NCBI GenBank assembly: GCA_963762145.1 | Contig: CAVXJS010000016.1 | Location: forward strand, 53,981 to 117,980 | DNA from: an uncultured Candidatus Rokubacteria bacterium | GTDB taxonomy: Bacteria; Methylomirabilota; Methylomirabilia; Rokubacteriales; CSP1-6 | Direction of reading: 5' to 3' | Length of the DNA stretch: 64,000 nt | Part shown: positions 10,334 to 20,549 of the stretch, one piece after another | Position numbering within the stretch: position 1 is the first letter of the stretch | How the letters are laid out: every line of letters begins with the position of its first letter | Translations under genes and position numbers: made by a program | The notes under the pieces: model-generated | The model's input: only the letters and a program-made list of their open reading frames with translations | Databases searched by the model: none | Told to the model about the DNA's origin: nothing

Positions 10334-11480
10334 TCAGGCCGCGGCGTTGAGGCGAACGGTCTCGACGAGGAGCCCGGCGGTGAGCACGAGATCGCGGACG
10401 TCCACCCACTCGTTCACGGTGTGGATCTCGCGCATGCCGCAGGCGAGGTTGGCGATCTCGAGGCCGCGCTCCACGAAGACGTTGGCGTCCGAGCCCCCGC
10501 CGGTGCCCCGCGTGGCGCACGTGCGCCCGATCGCGCCCGCCGCGGACTGCACCAGGCGGACGATCGCGGCCTCGTCGCGGATGTCGAGCCGGCCGTACTG
10601 GCGGTCGATCTGGGCCTCCACGCTGCGCCTCGTACTGACGATCCCCCACCCGCACGCGATGCCGGGCCGCCGCCTCGTCGAAGCAGCGCCGCATGTGCTC
10701 GGTCTGGGCCGCGAGCTTCTCCAGGCTCAGGCTGCGGGTCTCGCCCCGCACCATCACCGAGGCGGGCACGATGTTGCCGGCGAGGCCGCCCTGGATGACA
10801 CCGAGGTTCGCGGTGGTCTCCGCGTCCAGGCGGCCGAGCTTCATCGCCGCGATCGCTTCCGACGCGATGCGGATCGCGCTCATCCCCTGCTCCGGGCAGA
10901 TGCCCGCGTGGGCGGCGAGGCCCTGGACGGTGAAGGTCATGCGGTTGGCCGCGGGCGCCCGCGTGATCAGCTCGCAGACGCCGTCCACGTCGAGCACGAG
11001 GCCGCGCTTCGCGCGGAGGCGGGCGGTGTCGAAGTTCTTGGCGCCCAGGAGCCCGTTCTCCTCGCAGATCGTGAGCACCAGCTCGAGATCGCCGTGGGGG
11101 ATGCGCCGCTCGCGGAGGACGCGCACCGCTTCCAGGATCGCCACCACGCCCGCCTTGTCGTCGCCGCCCAGCACGCTGGTGCCGTCGGTCCGGATCACGT
11201 CGCCCTCCACCACCGGGTGGATGGCCTCGGCCGGGCCCACCGTGTCCATGTGGCCCGAAAGCAGGAAGGGCGGAGCTCCCGGCGTGTTGCCCGGGAAGCG
11301 CGCGAGCAGGTTGCCGGTGTCGCCGCCGATCGTCTCCCCCGCCCCGTCCACCTCCACGCTCCCGCCCATGGCCTTGAGGATGGTCTCGAGGCGCCGCGCG
11401 ATCGGGCCCTCGCGGCGGGAAGGGCTCGAGATGGAGACCAGCTCCAGAAACTCGTCCTTGAGTCGTGCCGCGTTGATCAC
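10334..11480 (-). CDS. M20 family peptidase (peptidase T-like), frameshift near 10625
   Basis: SGHMDTV, LGGDDKAG, CEENGLLGA, GGGSDANV, IHTVNE. Confidence 0.9.
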
Positions 11481-11487
11481 AGCTCGC

Positions 11488-12271
11488 TCACGCCCAGACG
11501 ATGTCGAAGACGCGGCAGGTGTTGACGGTGAGCTGGTACATCGCCTCGTCCACCGGCAGCCGCTTGATCTTCGCCACTTCTTCCGCCACCCGCGCGACCA
11601 GCCACGGTCCCGAGGTGACGTTCTCGAACTCGCCCTGGTACTGCCAGGGCGCGTCGCTCTCGACCAGCAGCGATTCGATCGGCACGCGCTCGACCATCTC
11701 GCGGTCGCGGTCGCGGTAGATCAGATCCGGCGTCACCGAGACGAGGTAGCCCGCGTCCACGATCTCGCGGGTGACCTCGGGCGAGCGCCTTGTGCCAGTG
11801 GAACACCGCGCGGTCCACGTCCCGCCGCTTGAGGATCGCGAGCGCGTCGGCGGCCGCCCCGTGGGGCGCGTGGAGGATGACCGGCAGGTCGTAGCGGCCG
11901 GCCAGGTCGACCAGGCGCTCGAGGCGCTCGCGGGCCTCGCGGCGCACCGCGTCCGCGTCGGCTACCGCGCCCAGGCCGTACCACGGCAGCCCCACCTCGC
12001 CGACCGCGACCAGGCGTGCGTGGTTGGCGTGGATCTGCTGCTCCACCGCTTCCAGGTCCTCGCGGGTGAGCTTCCACTCGGGATGAAAGCCGAGCGCGGG
12101 CCACACCGCCTTGGCGTTCTCGAGCGCGGCCTGCAGCGTGCGCTCGTTGGTGCCGTGGTCGCAGCCGACCGCGACCGCGCCCCACACGTTGTGCTCGGTG
12201 GCGCGGACGACGGTGCCGCGCACGTCCGCGAAGGCCGGGTCGTGCAGGTGGCAGTGGCTGTCGACGATCAT
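11488..12271 (-). CDS. TatD family hydrolase/DNase, frameshift near 11785
   Basis: MIVDSHCHL, GFHPEW, VGEVGL, VILH, FHW, LLVESDAPW. Confidence 0.9.
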
Positions 12272-13614
12272 GAGCCGGCGACCGTCATCCGGCCGATGAG
12301 CAGCGTCGGGGCGGAGGTGCGGTCGCGGAACACGAGATCGTTGCCGACGCCCTCGACCGCCTGGAACATGTCGAGCAGGTTGCCCGCGATGGTGATCTCC
12401 TCGACCGGGTAGGCGAGCTCGCCGTTCTCGATCCAGAGGCCGGCCGCCCCGCGCGAGTAGTCGCCGGTGACCCCGTTGACCCCGAAGCCGATCAGCTCGG
12501 TGACGTAGAGGCCGTTCTTCACGCTGCGGATCAGGTCCGCCGGATCCTGGTCCCGCCGCCTGAGGTGGAGGTTGGTGGTGGACACGCTCACCCCGCTGCC
12601 GTCGCGGGCCGCGTGGTGGGTGGACGGCAGCCCGAGCTTCCGGCCGCTGTAGGTGTCGAGCAGGTAGGAGCGCAGCACGCCCTGCTCGACCACCACGGTG
12701 CGGCGCACCGGCAGGCCCTCGCCGTCGAACGGGCGCGAGCCGAGCGCGCCCGGGAGCGTGCCGTCGTCGACGATGGTCACCGACGGGCGCCGCGATGCGC
12801 TCGCCGAGCTTGCCCACCAGGAAGGACGCGCCGCGGTAGAGCGACGGGCCGGCGGCCGCGCCCGCGACGTGGCGCACGCAGGCCGGCCGCCATGTCCGGG
12901 TCGAAGATCACCGGCACCTCGGCGGTCGGCACCTGCCGCGCGCCGAGGCGGCGCAGCGCGCGCCGCGCCGCGATGCGGCCGATCTCCTCGGGCGCCTCGA
13001 GGCAGCGCGCGCTTGCGCGCTGACGTGATACCAGTAGTCGCGCTGCATCTCGCCGTTCTGCGGTCGCCACCGGGGAGACCGCGAGGCTGAACGACGACGT
13101 CTCGGTACTCGCCCGCGAAGCCGTGGCTGTTCGCGTAGGCGTAGCGCGCCCGGCGGTCGTAGAAGTCGCCCGCCCTCGGAGTTGGTGATCCGCGGGATCG
13201 GCCTCGAGCGCGGCCGCCTCGCAGCGGCGGGCCAGCTCGATCTTCTCCTCGGGCGCGAGGTCGTGGCCGCGCGGGATCGTCCAGGTCGAGATCGGGCACC
13301 TGGCGCGCCAGCTCGCCGGCGTCCGGCAAGCCCGCGCGATCTCGTCCGGACTGGTGATGCGGGCCAGGGAGACCGCCTCGTCCACCAGCCGCGCCGACCG
13401 ACTCGGGCGAGAGGTCGGACGTGGAGGCGGCCGCCACCGACTTGCCCACGAACACCCGCAGCGAGATGTGCTGCTCGCGCGCGTGCTTGACGGTGTCCAC
13501 CTGGCCGAGGCGCACCTGCGCCGAGAACGACTGGTCCGCCACCACGAACGCGTCGGCGGCGGTGGCGCCCCGGCGCGTGGCCTGCTGCAGGAGATCGGCG
13601 AGCAGCTCGCGCAT
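12268..13614 (-). CDS. pmbA: PmbA/TldE metalloprotease partner subunit, several frameshifts
   Basis: GSRPFDGEG, GVNGVTGDYSRGAAGLWIENGE, EITIAGNL; directly downstream of tldD. Confidence 0.9.
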   Translation of the reverse strand: MRELLADLLQQATRRGATAADAFVVADQSFSAQVRLGQVDTVKHAREQHISLRVFVGKSVAAASTSDLSPESVGAAGGRGGLPGPHHQSGRDRAGLPDAGELARQVPDLDLDDPARPRPRARGEDRAGPPLRGGRARGRSRGSPTPRAGDFYDRRARYAYANSHGFAGEYRDVVVQPRGLPGGDRRTARCSATTGITSARKRALPRGARGDRPHRGAARAAPPRRAAGADRRGAGDLRPGHGGRPACATSRARPPARRSTAARPSWWASSASASRRPSVTIVDDGTLPGALGSRPFDGEGLPVRRTVVVEQGVLRSYLLDTYSGRKLGLPSTHHAARDGSGVSVSTTNLHLRRRDQDPADLIRSVKNGLYVTELIGFGVNGVTGDYSRGAAGLWIENGELAYPVEEITIAGNLLDMFQAVEGVGNDLVFRDRTSAPTLLIGRMTVAGS

Positions 13615-13619
13615 GCGGC

Positions 13620-15059
13620 TCAGACCTGGGTGCCGCCGACCGTCATGCCGTCGATGCGGATCGTCGGCAGGCCTACGCCGACCGGCACCGACTGTCCGTC
13701 CTTGCCGCACGTGCCCACGCCCTCGTCGAGCTTGAGATCGTGGCCGACCCGCTGACCCGCGTCAGCGCCTCGGGCCCGTTGCCGATCAGCGTCGCGCCCT
13801 TCACCGGGCGCGTCACGCGGCCGTCCTCGATCAGGTAGGCCTCGCTCGCCGAGAACACGAACTTGCCGTTGGTGATGTCGACCTGGCCGCCGCCGAAGTT
13901 CACCGCGTAGAGGCCGCTTGGCGACCGAGCGGATGATGTCGGCGGGGTCGTCCTCGCCCGCGAGCATGAACGTGTTGGTCATGCGCGGCATCGGGGGATG
14001 CGCGTAGGACTCGCGCCGGCCGTTGCCGGTGACCTCCATGCCCATGAGCCGCGCGTTGAGCCGGTCCTGCAGGTAGCCGCGAAGGATCGCCCTTCTCGAT
14101 GAGCACGTTGCGCCGCGTGGGCACGCCCTCGTCGTCCACGTTGAGCGAGCCGCGGCGGTTCGGGATCGTGCCGTCGTCGACCACCGTGACCAGCTCCGAG
14201 GCCACCGACTGGCCGAGTCGGCCCGAGAACGCCGAGGTCTTCTTGCGGTTGAAGTCGCCCTCGAGGCCGTGGCCGACCGCCTCGTGGAGCAGGATGCCCG
14301 GCCAGCCGGGCCCGAGCACCACCGTCATCGTCGCCGGCGGGCGCGTCCACCGCGTCGAGCTTCATGAGGGCCTGGCGCACCGCCTCACCGGCGAAGCGCT
14401 TCCAGCGGTCCTGCTCGAGGAAGAAGTCGAAGGCCACCCGGCCGCCGCCGCCGAAGCTGCCGATCTCGCGCTGTCGTGCCGTCCTCGACGATCACCGTGA
14501 CGTTGAGCCGCGTGAGCGGGCGCACGTCGCCGACCGTCCAGCCCGAGGGCGTCGCGATCATGACCACGACCTCCTCGCTGCCGAGCGTCGCGATGACCTG
14601 GCGCACGCGCGGATCGAGGCCGCGGGCCTCCGCGTCCATCCGGCCCAGCAGCTTGAGCTTGCGGTCCAGATCGGCCGAGGTCGGAGGCTCGGCCAGCGTG
14701 TAGAGATCGTGCGGCGGCCCGTCGCCGCCCACCGCCACCACCGCCGATGTCGAGGAACGGTCCGCGATCGCGCGCGCCTGTCGTGCGGCTTCCTCGAGAT
14801 TGGGCAGGGCCAGATCGTCGGTGTGCGCGTAGCCGGTGCGCTCGCCGGACTGGGCCCGGAGGCCGGCCCCCTGGCTCACGTGCCGGGCCGCCTTCTTCAC
14901 CGACCCTTCCTCCAGCACCAGCTCCTCGCTGATCCGGTACTCGAGGAAGAGATCGGCGTGGTCCACGCGTCCGGAGAGGGTCGAGCCGAGCAGCCGCTCC
15001 ATGGTCCCCGCGTTGAGGCCGAATCGGTCTGCGAAGAAGCGCTCGGGGCGGGCTAGCAT
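13620..15059 (-). CDS. tldD: TldD metalloprotease, several frameshifts
   Basis: [54 protein letters not shown]. Confidence 0.95.
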
Positions 15060-15215
15060 TTCCGTCTCCTTGGAGGTCTCAAGGGGGTTCATCCTAGCAT
15101 CGGCTCCGGAAGGGACCCCCAATGTTTAGCAGCCGTGGAACGTCGGATACGACTGTTTCGATTATCTCAGATGTGTCCACGTCTTGCCGACGCGCGCCTC
15201 CGGCGCGAGACGAGG

Positions 15216-16022
15216 TCAGTCGCGCGCGTCGAGGGCTTCCTGCACCAGCTCGTGCAGCCGTCTGAGCCCGGTCAGCAGCGACGGGCCAGGGCTCAGGATG
15301 TCGGCGCCGTCCATCTCGTGGACGCGATGGCCCCGCACCGCGCTGATCCGATCCCAGCCCGGGCGGGCCGCGATCGCGGCCAGATCGGCCGGCTTGCCGC
15401 ACCACGAGGCGACGATCACCTGCGGGTCCCGCCGGATCACCTCGGCGGGATCCACCACGCGCTCGCGCGCGCTCTTGCCGTCGCGCAGATCCGCGAACAC
15501 GTCGCGCCCGCCCGCCGCCTCGATCAGCTCCGAGACCCAGCGGATGCCCGCGATGAGCGGCTCGGGCCATTCCTCGAAGTACACGCGCGGCCGGTCGGGC
15601 CACACGCGGGAGAACTCCCGCACCTGGGTGATCTCGTCGCGCATGTCGAGCACGAGGGCGCGCGCGGCGGGCTCGGTCCCGAGCAGGCCGCCCACCGTGA
15701 GGATCGTCCGCATGACTTCCTCGACCGAGCGCGGGTTCGCACAGAAGACGGGCAGCCCGGCCCGGATCAGCTCCGCGCTCACGTCGGCCTGCAGATCCGA
15801 GAACGCGAGGACCAGGTCCGGCTCGAGCGCGAGGATCCGGTCGACGCGAAAGGTCGTGAAGCCGCCCACCCGCGGCTTGTCCGCCGCCTCCGCGGGCCGC
15901 CGCGCGGTGCCGGGCACGCCCACCACCCGGTCGCCCGCGCCCAGCGCGTAGCAGATCTCCACGTGCTCCGCGCTCAGGCAGACGACGCGGCGCGGGAACT
16001 CGACCGGGGACTTGCCGTACAC
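15216..16022 (-). CDS. Helical-backbone (BtuF/cobalamin-type) substrate-binding protein
   Basis: PRRVVCL, LEPDLVLAFSDLQ, YFEEWPEPLI, ASWCGK, ILSPGP; no signal peptide apparent. Confidence 0.8.
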   Translation of the reverse strand: MYGKSPVEFPRRVVCLSAEHVEICYALGAGDRVVGVPGTARRPAEAADKPRVGGFTTFRVDRILALEPDLVLAFSDLQADVSAELIRAGLPVFCANPRSVEEVMRTILTVGGLLGTEPAARALVLDMRDEITQVREFSRVWPDRPRVYFEEWPEPLIAGIRWVSELIEAAGGRDVFADLRDGKSARERVVDPAEVIRRDPQVIVASWCGKPADLAAIAARPGWDRISAVRGHRVHEMDGADILSPGPSLLTGLRRLHELVQEALDARD

Positions 16023-16041
16023 GACGAGCCCTCAGTCCCGC

Positions 16042-16075
16042 CCCTCACCCTGCCCTCTCCCCTGAGGGGAGAGGG
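16042..16075. repeat. REP-like family A copy 1
   Basis: CCCTCACCCTGCCCTCTCCCCTGAGGGGAGAGGG; identical to 46210-46243 and near-identical to 25171-25204. Confidence 0.9.
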
Positions 16076-16083
16076 GGATGAGG

Positions 16084-17424
16084 TTAAATGTCCCTGCCAC
16101 CGTCGTAGAGCTCGGTCCGGGCGGTGCCTCGCTGGAAGGCGAGGTACTCCTCCTTGGTCATGCGCGGCTTCCAGGCCTTGAGGATCTCGCGCGCCGAGCC
16201 CGCGTCGTCCCACAGCATGTCCACCGCCATCAGCGCGAGCTGCTTGGCCGGCTCCACGTAGGCGAGCTTCGGGTCCGCGATCGCGTAGTCGGCGCCGTGC
16301 CCGCCGCCGGTGGCCCCGCCCATGTACGGATGGAGGGTCGGCATCACGTGAGAGATGTCGCCCATGTCGGTCGAGCCGCTGCGATGGCCCGATTCGATCA
16401 CCTGGTCGGCGCCCAGGAGCGCGGCCGCGTTGGCCTTGAACTGCTCCGCCATGCCCATGTGGTTGAAGAGCGGCAGGTAGCCGGGGAGCGTCTCGATCTC
16501 CACCTGCGCTCCGAGCGCGAGCGCGCCGGCGCGGAGCGCCCGGTCCACCCGACGGTTGGCCTCGAGGATCGCCTCCACCGTCTTGCCGCGGACGTAGGTC
16601 TCGAGGCGCACCTCGCCCGGGATCACGTTCACCTGGCTGCCCCCGTGGGTGATGATCGGGTGCACGCGGATGGAGTCCTCGTCGCGGAAGGTCTCCCGCA
16701 GCGCGTTGATCGCGGAGAGGCCGATGTTGGCCGCGTAGAGCGCGTTGATCCCCATGTGCGGCGCGCCGCCCGCGTGGGAGGCGCGGCCGATGTAGCGGAC
16801 CGTCTTCACGAGGCAGCCGTTGTTGGAGGCGGCCACCCCCGCCTTCTTCATGTCGGGCTGCGACGAGGTGTGGATCATCATGGCGAGATCGACGTCGTCG
16901 AAGTGGCCGAGGCGGAGCAGCTCGGGCTTGCCGCCGAGGAACTCGAGGCGTCCCGCGCGGGCCTGCTGCACGCGCCACTCGACGTCGCCGTATTCTTCCG
17001 CCGGGACCGCGAAGAAGACCACGCGGCCGGCCAGGTGCTCGAAGGCGCGCGCCTCGCAGAGGCCCATCGCGGCGCCGAGGAGACCCGCCATCTGGGCGTT
17101 GTGGCCGCAGGCGTGCGCGGCGCCGGTCTCGGGATCGGCGATCGGATGCCCCGCCACCACCAGGCCGTCCAGCTCGCCCAGCAGCGCGAAGGTCGGGCCG
17201 TCCTTGACGCCCGCCGCCTCGGCCCGCACGCCGGTGAGCGCGAGGCCGCCCCGCGGCTTGAGCCCGAGCTCGGCCAGCGTCTCCTCGGCCAGGCGCGCGG
17301 TCTTGAACTCCTTGAAGCCGAGCTCGGGCTGGCGGCGGATGCGCTCGCCCAGGCCGATGATGCGCTCGGCGTTCCGGTCGATGGCCTTGCAGACAGAATC
17401 TTTGAGGTCCTTCTTAGTCGTCAT
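16084..17424 (-). CDS. M20D-type amidohydrolase
   Basis: PELGFKE, GELD, HACGHN, PAEE, GSTDMGDIS. Confidence 0.9.
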   Translation of the reverse strand: MTTKKDLKDSVCKAIDRNAERIIGLGERIRRQPELGFKEFKTARLAEETLAELGLKPRGGLALTGVRAEAAGVKDGPTFALLGELDGLVVAGHPIADPETGAAHACGHNAQMAGLLGAAMGLCEARAFEHLAGRVVFFAVPAEEYGDVEWRVQQARAGRLEFLGGKPELLRLGHFDDVDLAMMIHTSSQPDMKKAGVAASNNGCLVKTVRYIGRASHAGGAPHMGINALYAANIGLSAINALRETFRDEDSIRVHPIITHGGSQVNVIPGEVRLETYVRGKTVEAILEANRRVDRALRAGALALGAQVEIETLPGYLPLFNHMGMAEQFKANAAALLGADQVIESGHRSGSTDMGDISHVMPTLHPYMGGATGGGHGADYAIADPKLAYVEPAKQLALMAVDMLWDDAGSAREILKAWKPRMTKEEYLAFQRGTARTELYDGGRDI

Positions 17425-17458
17425 TGGTCTTTCACTCCGGTTTGCGGTTAGGCCTCTT

Positions 17459-17535
17459 CGCCCCGTTCGGGGCTCATCGGGGCGTCGTGGCTACCGTTTC
17501 GTGGCTACCCTTTGTTGGCTACGTGTCGTGGTTAT
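17459..17535. repeat. Intergenic hairpin plus four imperfect 13-14 bp tandem units
   Basis: CGCCCCG...CGGGGCG (17459-17484) followed by TCGTGGCTACCGTT / TCGTGGCTACCCTT / TGTTGGCTACGTG / TCGTGGTTAT. Confidence 0.6.
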
Positions 17536-18644
17536 TGTGCGAAGCGCTGGGGCAAGAATGGGGTGATCGATGCCGGGGTGTCGCCGTCGACGATGCAGCG
17601 GGTCAGGAGCGCCGCGGTGATGGGGGCCATCAGGATGCCGTTGCGGTAGTGCGCGGTCGCCGCGAAGAGCCCCGCCACGTCCGGCCACGGGCCGAGCACC
17701 GGCTGGCCGTCGGGAACCCAGGGGCGGAAGCCGCACCAGGAGCGGGTCACCGAGCGGCGGCCGACCTCGGGCACGAGGGCGACCGCCGCGGCGATGAGGG
17801 AGGCGAGGCCGTCGGGCGTCACCGCGCGCAGGAAGCCCGCGTGCTCCACGGTGGCGCCGATGAGAATCTCGCCCGACGGCCGCGGCACGACGTAGATGTC
17901 GTCGCCGTGCACGGCGCGGGTGATCAGGGGCGGCACATTGCTGACCGCCAGCATCTGGCCGCGCACCGGCGCCACCGGCAACCGGAGGCCGATGGAGGTG
18001 GCCAGCTGGCCCGACCAGGCGCCCGCGGCGAGCAGGACCGCATCGGCGTGAACGGTCTCGCCGTCCACGAGCACCCCGCGGGCGCGTCCGCCCTCGATCA
18101 GGATGCGGCTCACCTCGGCGCCGGTGCGCACGGTGACGCCCCGGGCCGCGGCGGCGGCGGCGTAGGCGGTCACCAGTCGCTGGTTGTTCACCCAGTGATC
18201 GCCGCGGACGAGCCGGGTGGCGCGTACGTCCTTGGAGAGCGCAGGCTCGAGCGCGCGCAGGTCACTCCCCTCCACCATCTCGATGCCGAACTCCCCGGCC
18301 AGCGGCCAGGCCAGTCGAAGGCGCGCCGCCTCGATCTCCCGGTCCGAGTAGAGCGGGTAGAGCGTGCCCGCGGTCATCAGCTCGACGTCCACCCCGGTCA
18401 GCGCCCGGAGCTCGGAGGCCACGCCCGGATAGAGGCGCCAGCTCTCGATCGCCAGACGGTGAAAGGGCCCGGGCTCCGGTACCGGGCCGAGCGGCGCCAG
18501 CAGCCCCGCCGCCGCGCTCGAGGCCTCGGCGCCCGGGCTCGCGCGCTCGAATAGCGTCACGCGGCACCCGCGCTTGGCGAGATCCACGGCGGTCGCGCAG
18601 CCGATGATGCCGCCGCCGACCACCACCACCGCGGGCGCGGCCAT
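17532..18644 (-). CDS. thiO: Glycine oxidase ThiO
   Basis: GGGIIG, EASSAAAGLL, PVRGQM, HYRNGILMAP; in operon with thiS/thiG. Confidence 0.9.
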   Translation of the reverse strand: MAAPAVVVVGGGIIGCATAVDLAKRGCRVTLFERASPGAEASSAAAGLLAPLGPVPEPGPFHRLAIESWRLYPGVASELRALTGVDVELMTAGTLYPLYSDREIEAARLRLAWPLAGEFGIEMVEGSDLRALEPALSKDVRATRLVRGDHWVNNQRLVTAYAAAAAARGVTVRTGAEVSRILIEGGRARGVLVDGETVHADAVLLAAGAWSGQLATSIGLRLPVAPVRGQMLAVSNVPPLITRAVHGDDIYVVPRPSGEILIGATVEHAGFLRAVTPDGLASLIAAAVALVPEVGRRSVTRSWCGFRPWVPDGQPVLGPWPDVAGLFAATAHYRNGILMAPITAALLTRCIVDGDTPASITPFLPQRFAQ

Positions 18645-19270
18645 CAGGCTCTCCCCAGCGCGTCGAGGAACGCCTTCGTGGCGTCCGCGGGGCGTGCGGC
18701 GGCGTAGACCGCGCCGATCACCGCCACGCCCGCCGCGCCGGCCCCGAGCACCTCGGGGACGCGCTCCGGGGTGAGCCCGCCCACCGCCAGCACCGGCCGA
18801 TCTACCGAACGGGCAACCGCTTCGAGCCTGGCCAGGCCCTGCGGCGGCCCGTAGCGCCGCTTGGACGCGGTCTCGTAGACCGGCCCGAAGACGATGAAGT
18901 CGGCGTCCTGCGCGGCGGCCTCCCGCGCTTCCGCCTCCGAGTGCACGGAGGCCCCCACCAGGAAGCCGGGCGGCGTGATCTCACGGAGTGCGGCGACGGG
19001 CAGCGAGGCGTGCGTGCGCTGGACGCCGTCGGCCGAGGCGGCCAGGGCCACGTCCGTCCGGTCGTTCACGATGAGACGCGCCCCGTGCCGCCGGGTGGCC
19101 TCGCGGAGCGTGTCGGCCAGCGCGAGCAGATCGCGCGCCTCCAGATCTTTCTCGCGGAGCTGCACGGCGCGCAGGCCCGCGGCCAGGCACTCCTCCACCA
19201 CGTCGGCGGGCGGGCGGGGCGCCGCCGCGCGGTCGGTGATCAGGTAGAGGGAGAAGCCTAGCTGGTCCAC
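18644..19270 (-). CDS. thiE: Thiamine phosphate synthase family (ThiE/TenI)
   Basis: [37 protein letters not shown]. Confidence 0.8.
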   Translation of the reverse strand: MDQLGFSLYLITDRAAAPRPPADVVEECLAAGLRAVQLREKDLEARDLLALADTLREATRRHGARLIVNDRTDVALAASADGVQRTHASLPVAALREITPPGFLVGASVHSEAEAREAAAQDADFIVFGPVYETASKRRYGPPQGLARLEAVARSVDRPVLAVGGLTPERVPEVLGAGAAGVAVIGAVYAAARPADATKAFLDALGRA

Positions 19271-20040
19271 TCGGGCACGCCCTCCAGCGGGGAGGACGCG
19301 GTGGCGTAGAGCTTCTTGCCCATTCGCCCGGCCTTGAAGGCGAGCCGGCCGGCCTCGATGGCCAGGCGCATGGCGGTGGCCATGGCGACCGGATCCTTGG
19401 CCGAGGCGATGGCGGTGTTCATCAGGACACCGTCGCAGCCGAGCTCCATCGCGATGGCCGCATCGGAGGCGGTGCCAACGCCCGCGTCCACCAGGACCGG
19501 AACCGTGACCGCTTCCAGGATCAGCTTGATGTTGTACGGGTTGCGGATGCCGAGCCCGGAGCCGATCGGGGCGCCGAGCGGCATGACCGCGGCCGCGCCG
19601 GCGTCCTCCAGCTTCTTGGCCATCACCGGGTCGTCGTTGGTGTAGGGCAGCACCGTGAAGCCCTCGCGGGACAGCGTGCGCGTCGCCTCGAGCAGGCCGA
19701 GCACGTCGGGGAACAGGGTACGCGAGTCCCCGATGACCTCCAGCTTGACCAGGGTTCCCAGGCCCGCCTCGCGGGCCAGGTAGCAGGTGCGGACCGCCTC
19801 GTCGGCGGTGTAGCAGCCGGCGGTGTTCGGCAGCAGCGTGTACTTCTTCGGGTCCACGTAGTCGAGCAGGGATTCCCCTTGCCCGGGCAGGCTCACCCGC
19901 CGCACGGCGACGGTGACGATCTCGGCGCCAGAGGCCTCGATGGCCTCCCGCATATTCTCGAACGACGGGTACTTTCCGGTCCCGACGATCAGACGCGACT
20001 TGAACTCTTTTCCACCCAGCCAGAGTGACGTGTCGTACAT
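19258..20040 (-). CDS. thiG: Thiazole synthase
   Basis: [40 protein letters not shown]. Confidence 0.97.
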   Translation of the reverse strand: MYDTSLWLGGKEFKSRLIVGTGKYPSFENMREAIEASGAEIVTVAVRRVSLPGQGESLLDYVDPKKYTLLPNTAGCYTADEAVRTCYLAREAGLGTLVKLEVIGDSRTLFPDVLGLLEATRTLSREGFTVLPYTNDDPVMAKKLEDAGAAAVMPLGAPIGSGLGIRNPYNIKLILEAVTVPVLVDAGVGTASDAAIAMELGCDGVLMNTAIASAKDPVAMATAMRLAIEAGRLAFKAGRMGKKLYATASSPLEGVPEWTS

Positions 20041-20070
20041 GGCCTACCTCCCTTTACTTCTTTACTGCCT

Positions 20071-20192
20071 TATTTATCCGCTCGGCTCGCCTTCGGCTGC
20101 GCCTCGGCCTGCTTGTCGCCCCGCCTGCCGGCTGACCTCCCTGACTTCTCTATGTATCCGCTCGGCTCGCCTTCGGCTGCGCCTCGCCCCGC
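20071..20192 (-). repeat. REP-like family B, two direct copies (20071-20112, 20151-20192)
   Basis: TAT(T/G)TATCCGCTCGGCTCGCCTTCGGCTGCGCCTCG on + strand, twice, between thiS and thiG. Confidence 0.9.
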
Positions 20193-20194
20193 CA

Positions 20195-20395
20195 CTACCC
20201 CCCGCCCATGGGGTGGACGATTTCGAGCTTGTCGCCTTCCTGGAGCTTTGTCTCGGCGTAGCGGGCGCGCTGGGTGACCTCGCGGTTCAGGGCCACCGCG
20301 GTGAATTCGCGGCGGACCTTGAGGCGCGCGAGGAGATCCTCGACGCTGAGCCCCTCGGGCAGCTCCATCGGCTTGCCGTTGACGGTGACCGTCAT
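20195..20395 (-). CDS. thiS: Sulfur carrier protein ThiS
   Basis: MTVTVNGK...AVALNRE...GDKLEIVHPMGGG with C-terminal GG. Confidence 0.95.
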   Translation of the reverse strand: MTVTVNGKPMELPEGLSVEDLLARLKVRREFTAVALNREVTQRARYAETKLQEGDKLEIVHPMGGG

Positions 20396-20431
20396 GAAAA
20401 AACCGCACACCTTTCCAGGAAAGGGTGCGGT
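20396..20431 (-). terminator. Riboswitch expression platform: hairpin plus U-tract covering the thiS RBS
   Basis: Minus strand ACCGCACCCTTTCC-T-GGAAAGGTGTGCGGT-TTTTT-C-ATG. Confidence 0.75.
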
Positions 20432-20451
20432 CCAGTGGTCGTGTGCCGCGC

Positions 20452-20538
20452 CGCGTTCCCTTCGCTGGAATTACCCAGTGCAGGTTCGAGGGGTCCCGGG
20501 CCGCACCCGGTTCTCAGGAGACCTCCCCCAGCGACGCG
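20452..20538 (-). ncRNA. TPP (thi-box) riboswitch
   Basis: Minus strand GGGGGAGGTCTCCTGAGA...ACCCCTCGAACCTGCACTGGGTAATTCCAGCGAAGGGAAC has the conserved CTGAGA and GAACCTG..TAA..CCAGCG.AGG motifs; upstream of thiS. Confidence 0.95.
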
Positions 20539-20543
20539 TCCGG

Positions 20544-20549
20544 ATTATA
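20544..20549 (-). promoter_or_regulatory. -10 box (TATAAT) of the thi operon promoter
   Basis: Perfect TATAAT about 6 nt before the riboswitch 5' end, overlapping the upstream gene's TAA stop. Confidence 0.7.

Noticed and set aside
16084-17424. YlmB-like thiamine salvage deformylase downstream of thiO
   Set aside because: It has the HACGHN M20D motif rather than ArgE-like YlmB features and is separated by a hairpin/repeat region; no supporting tenA or thiXYZ.
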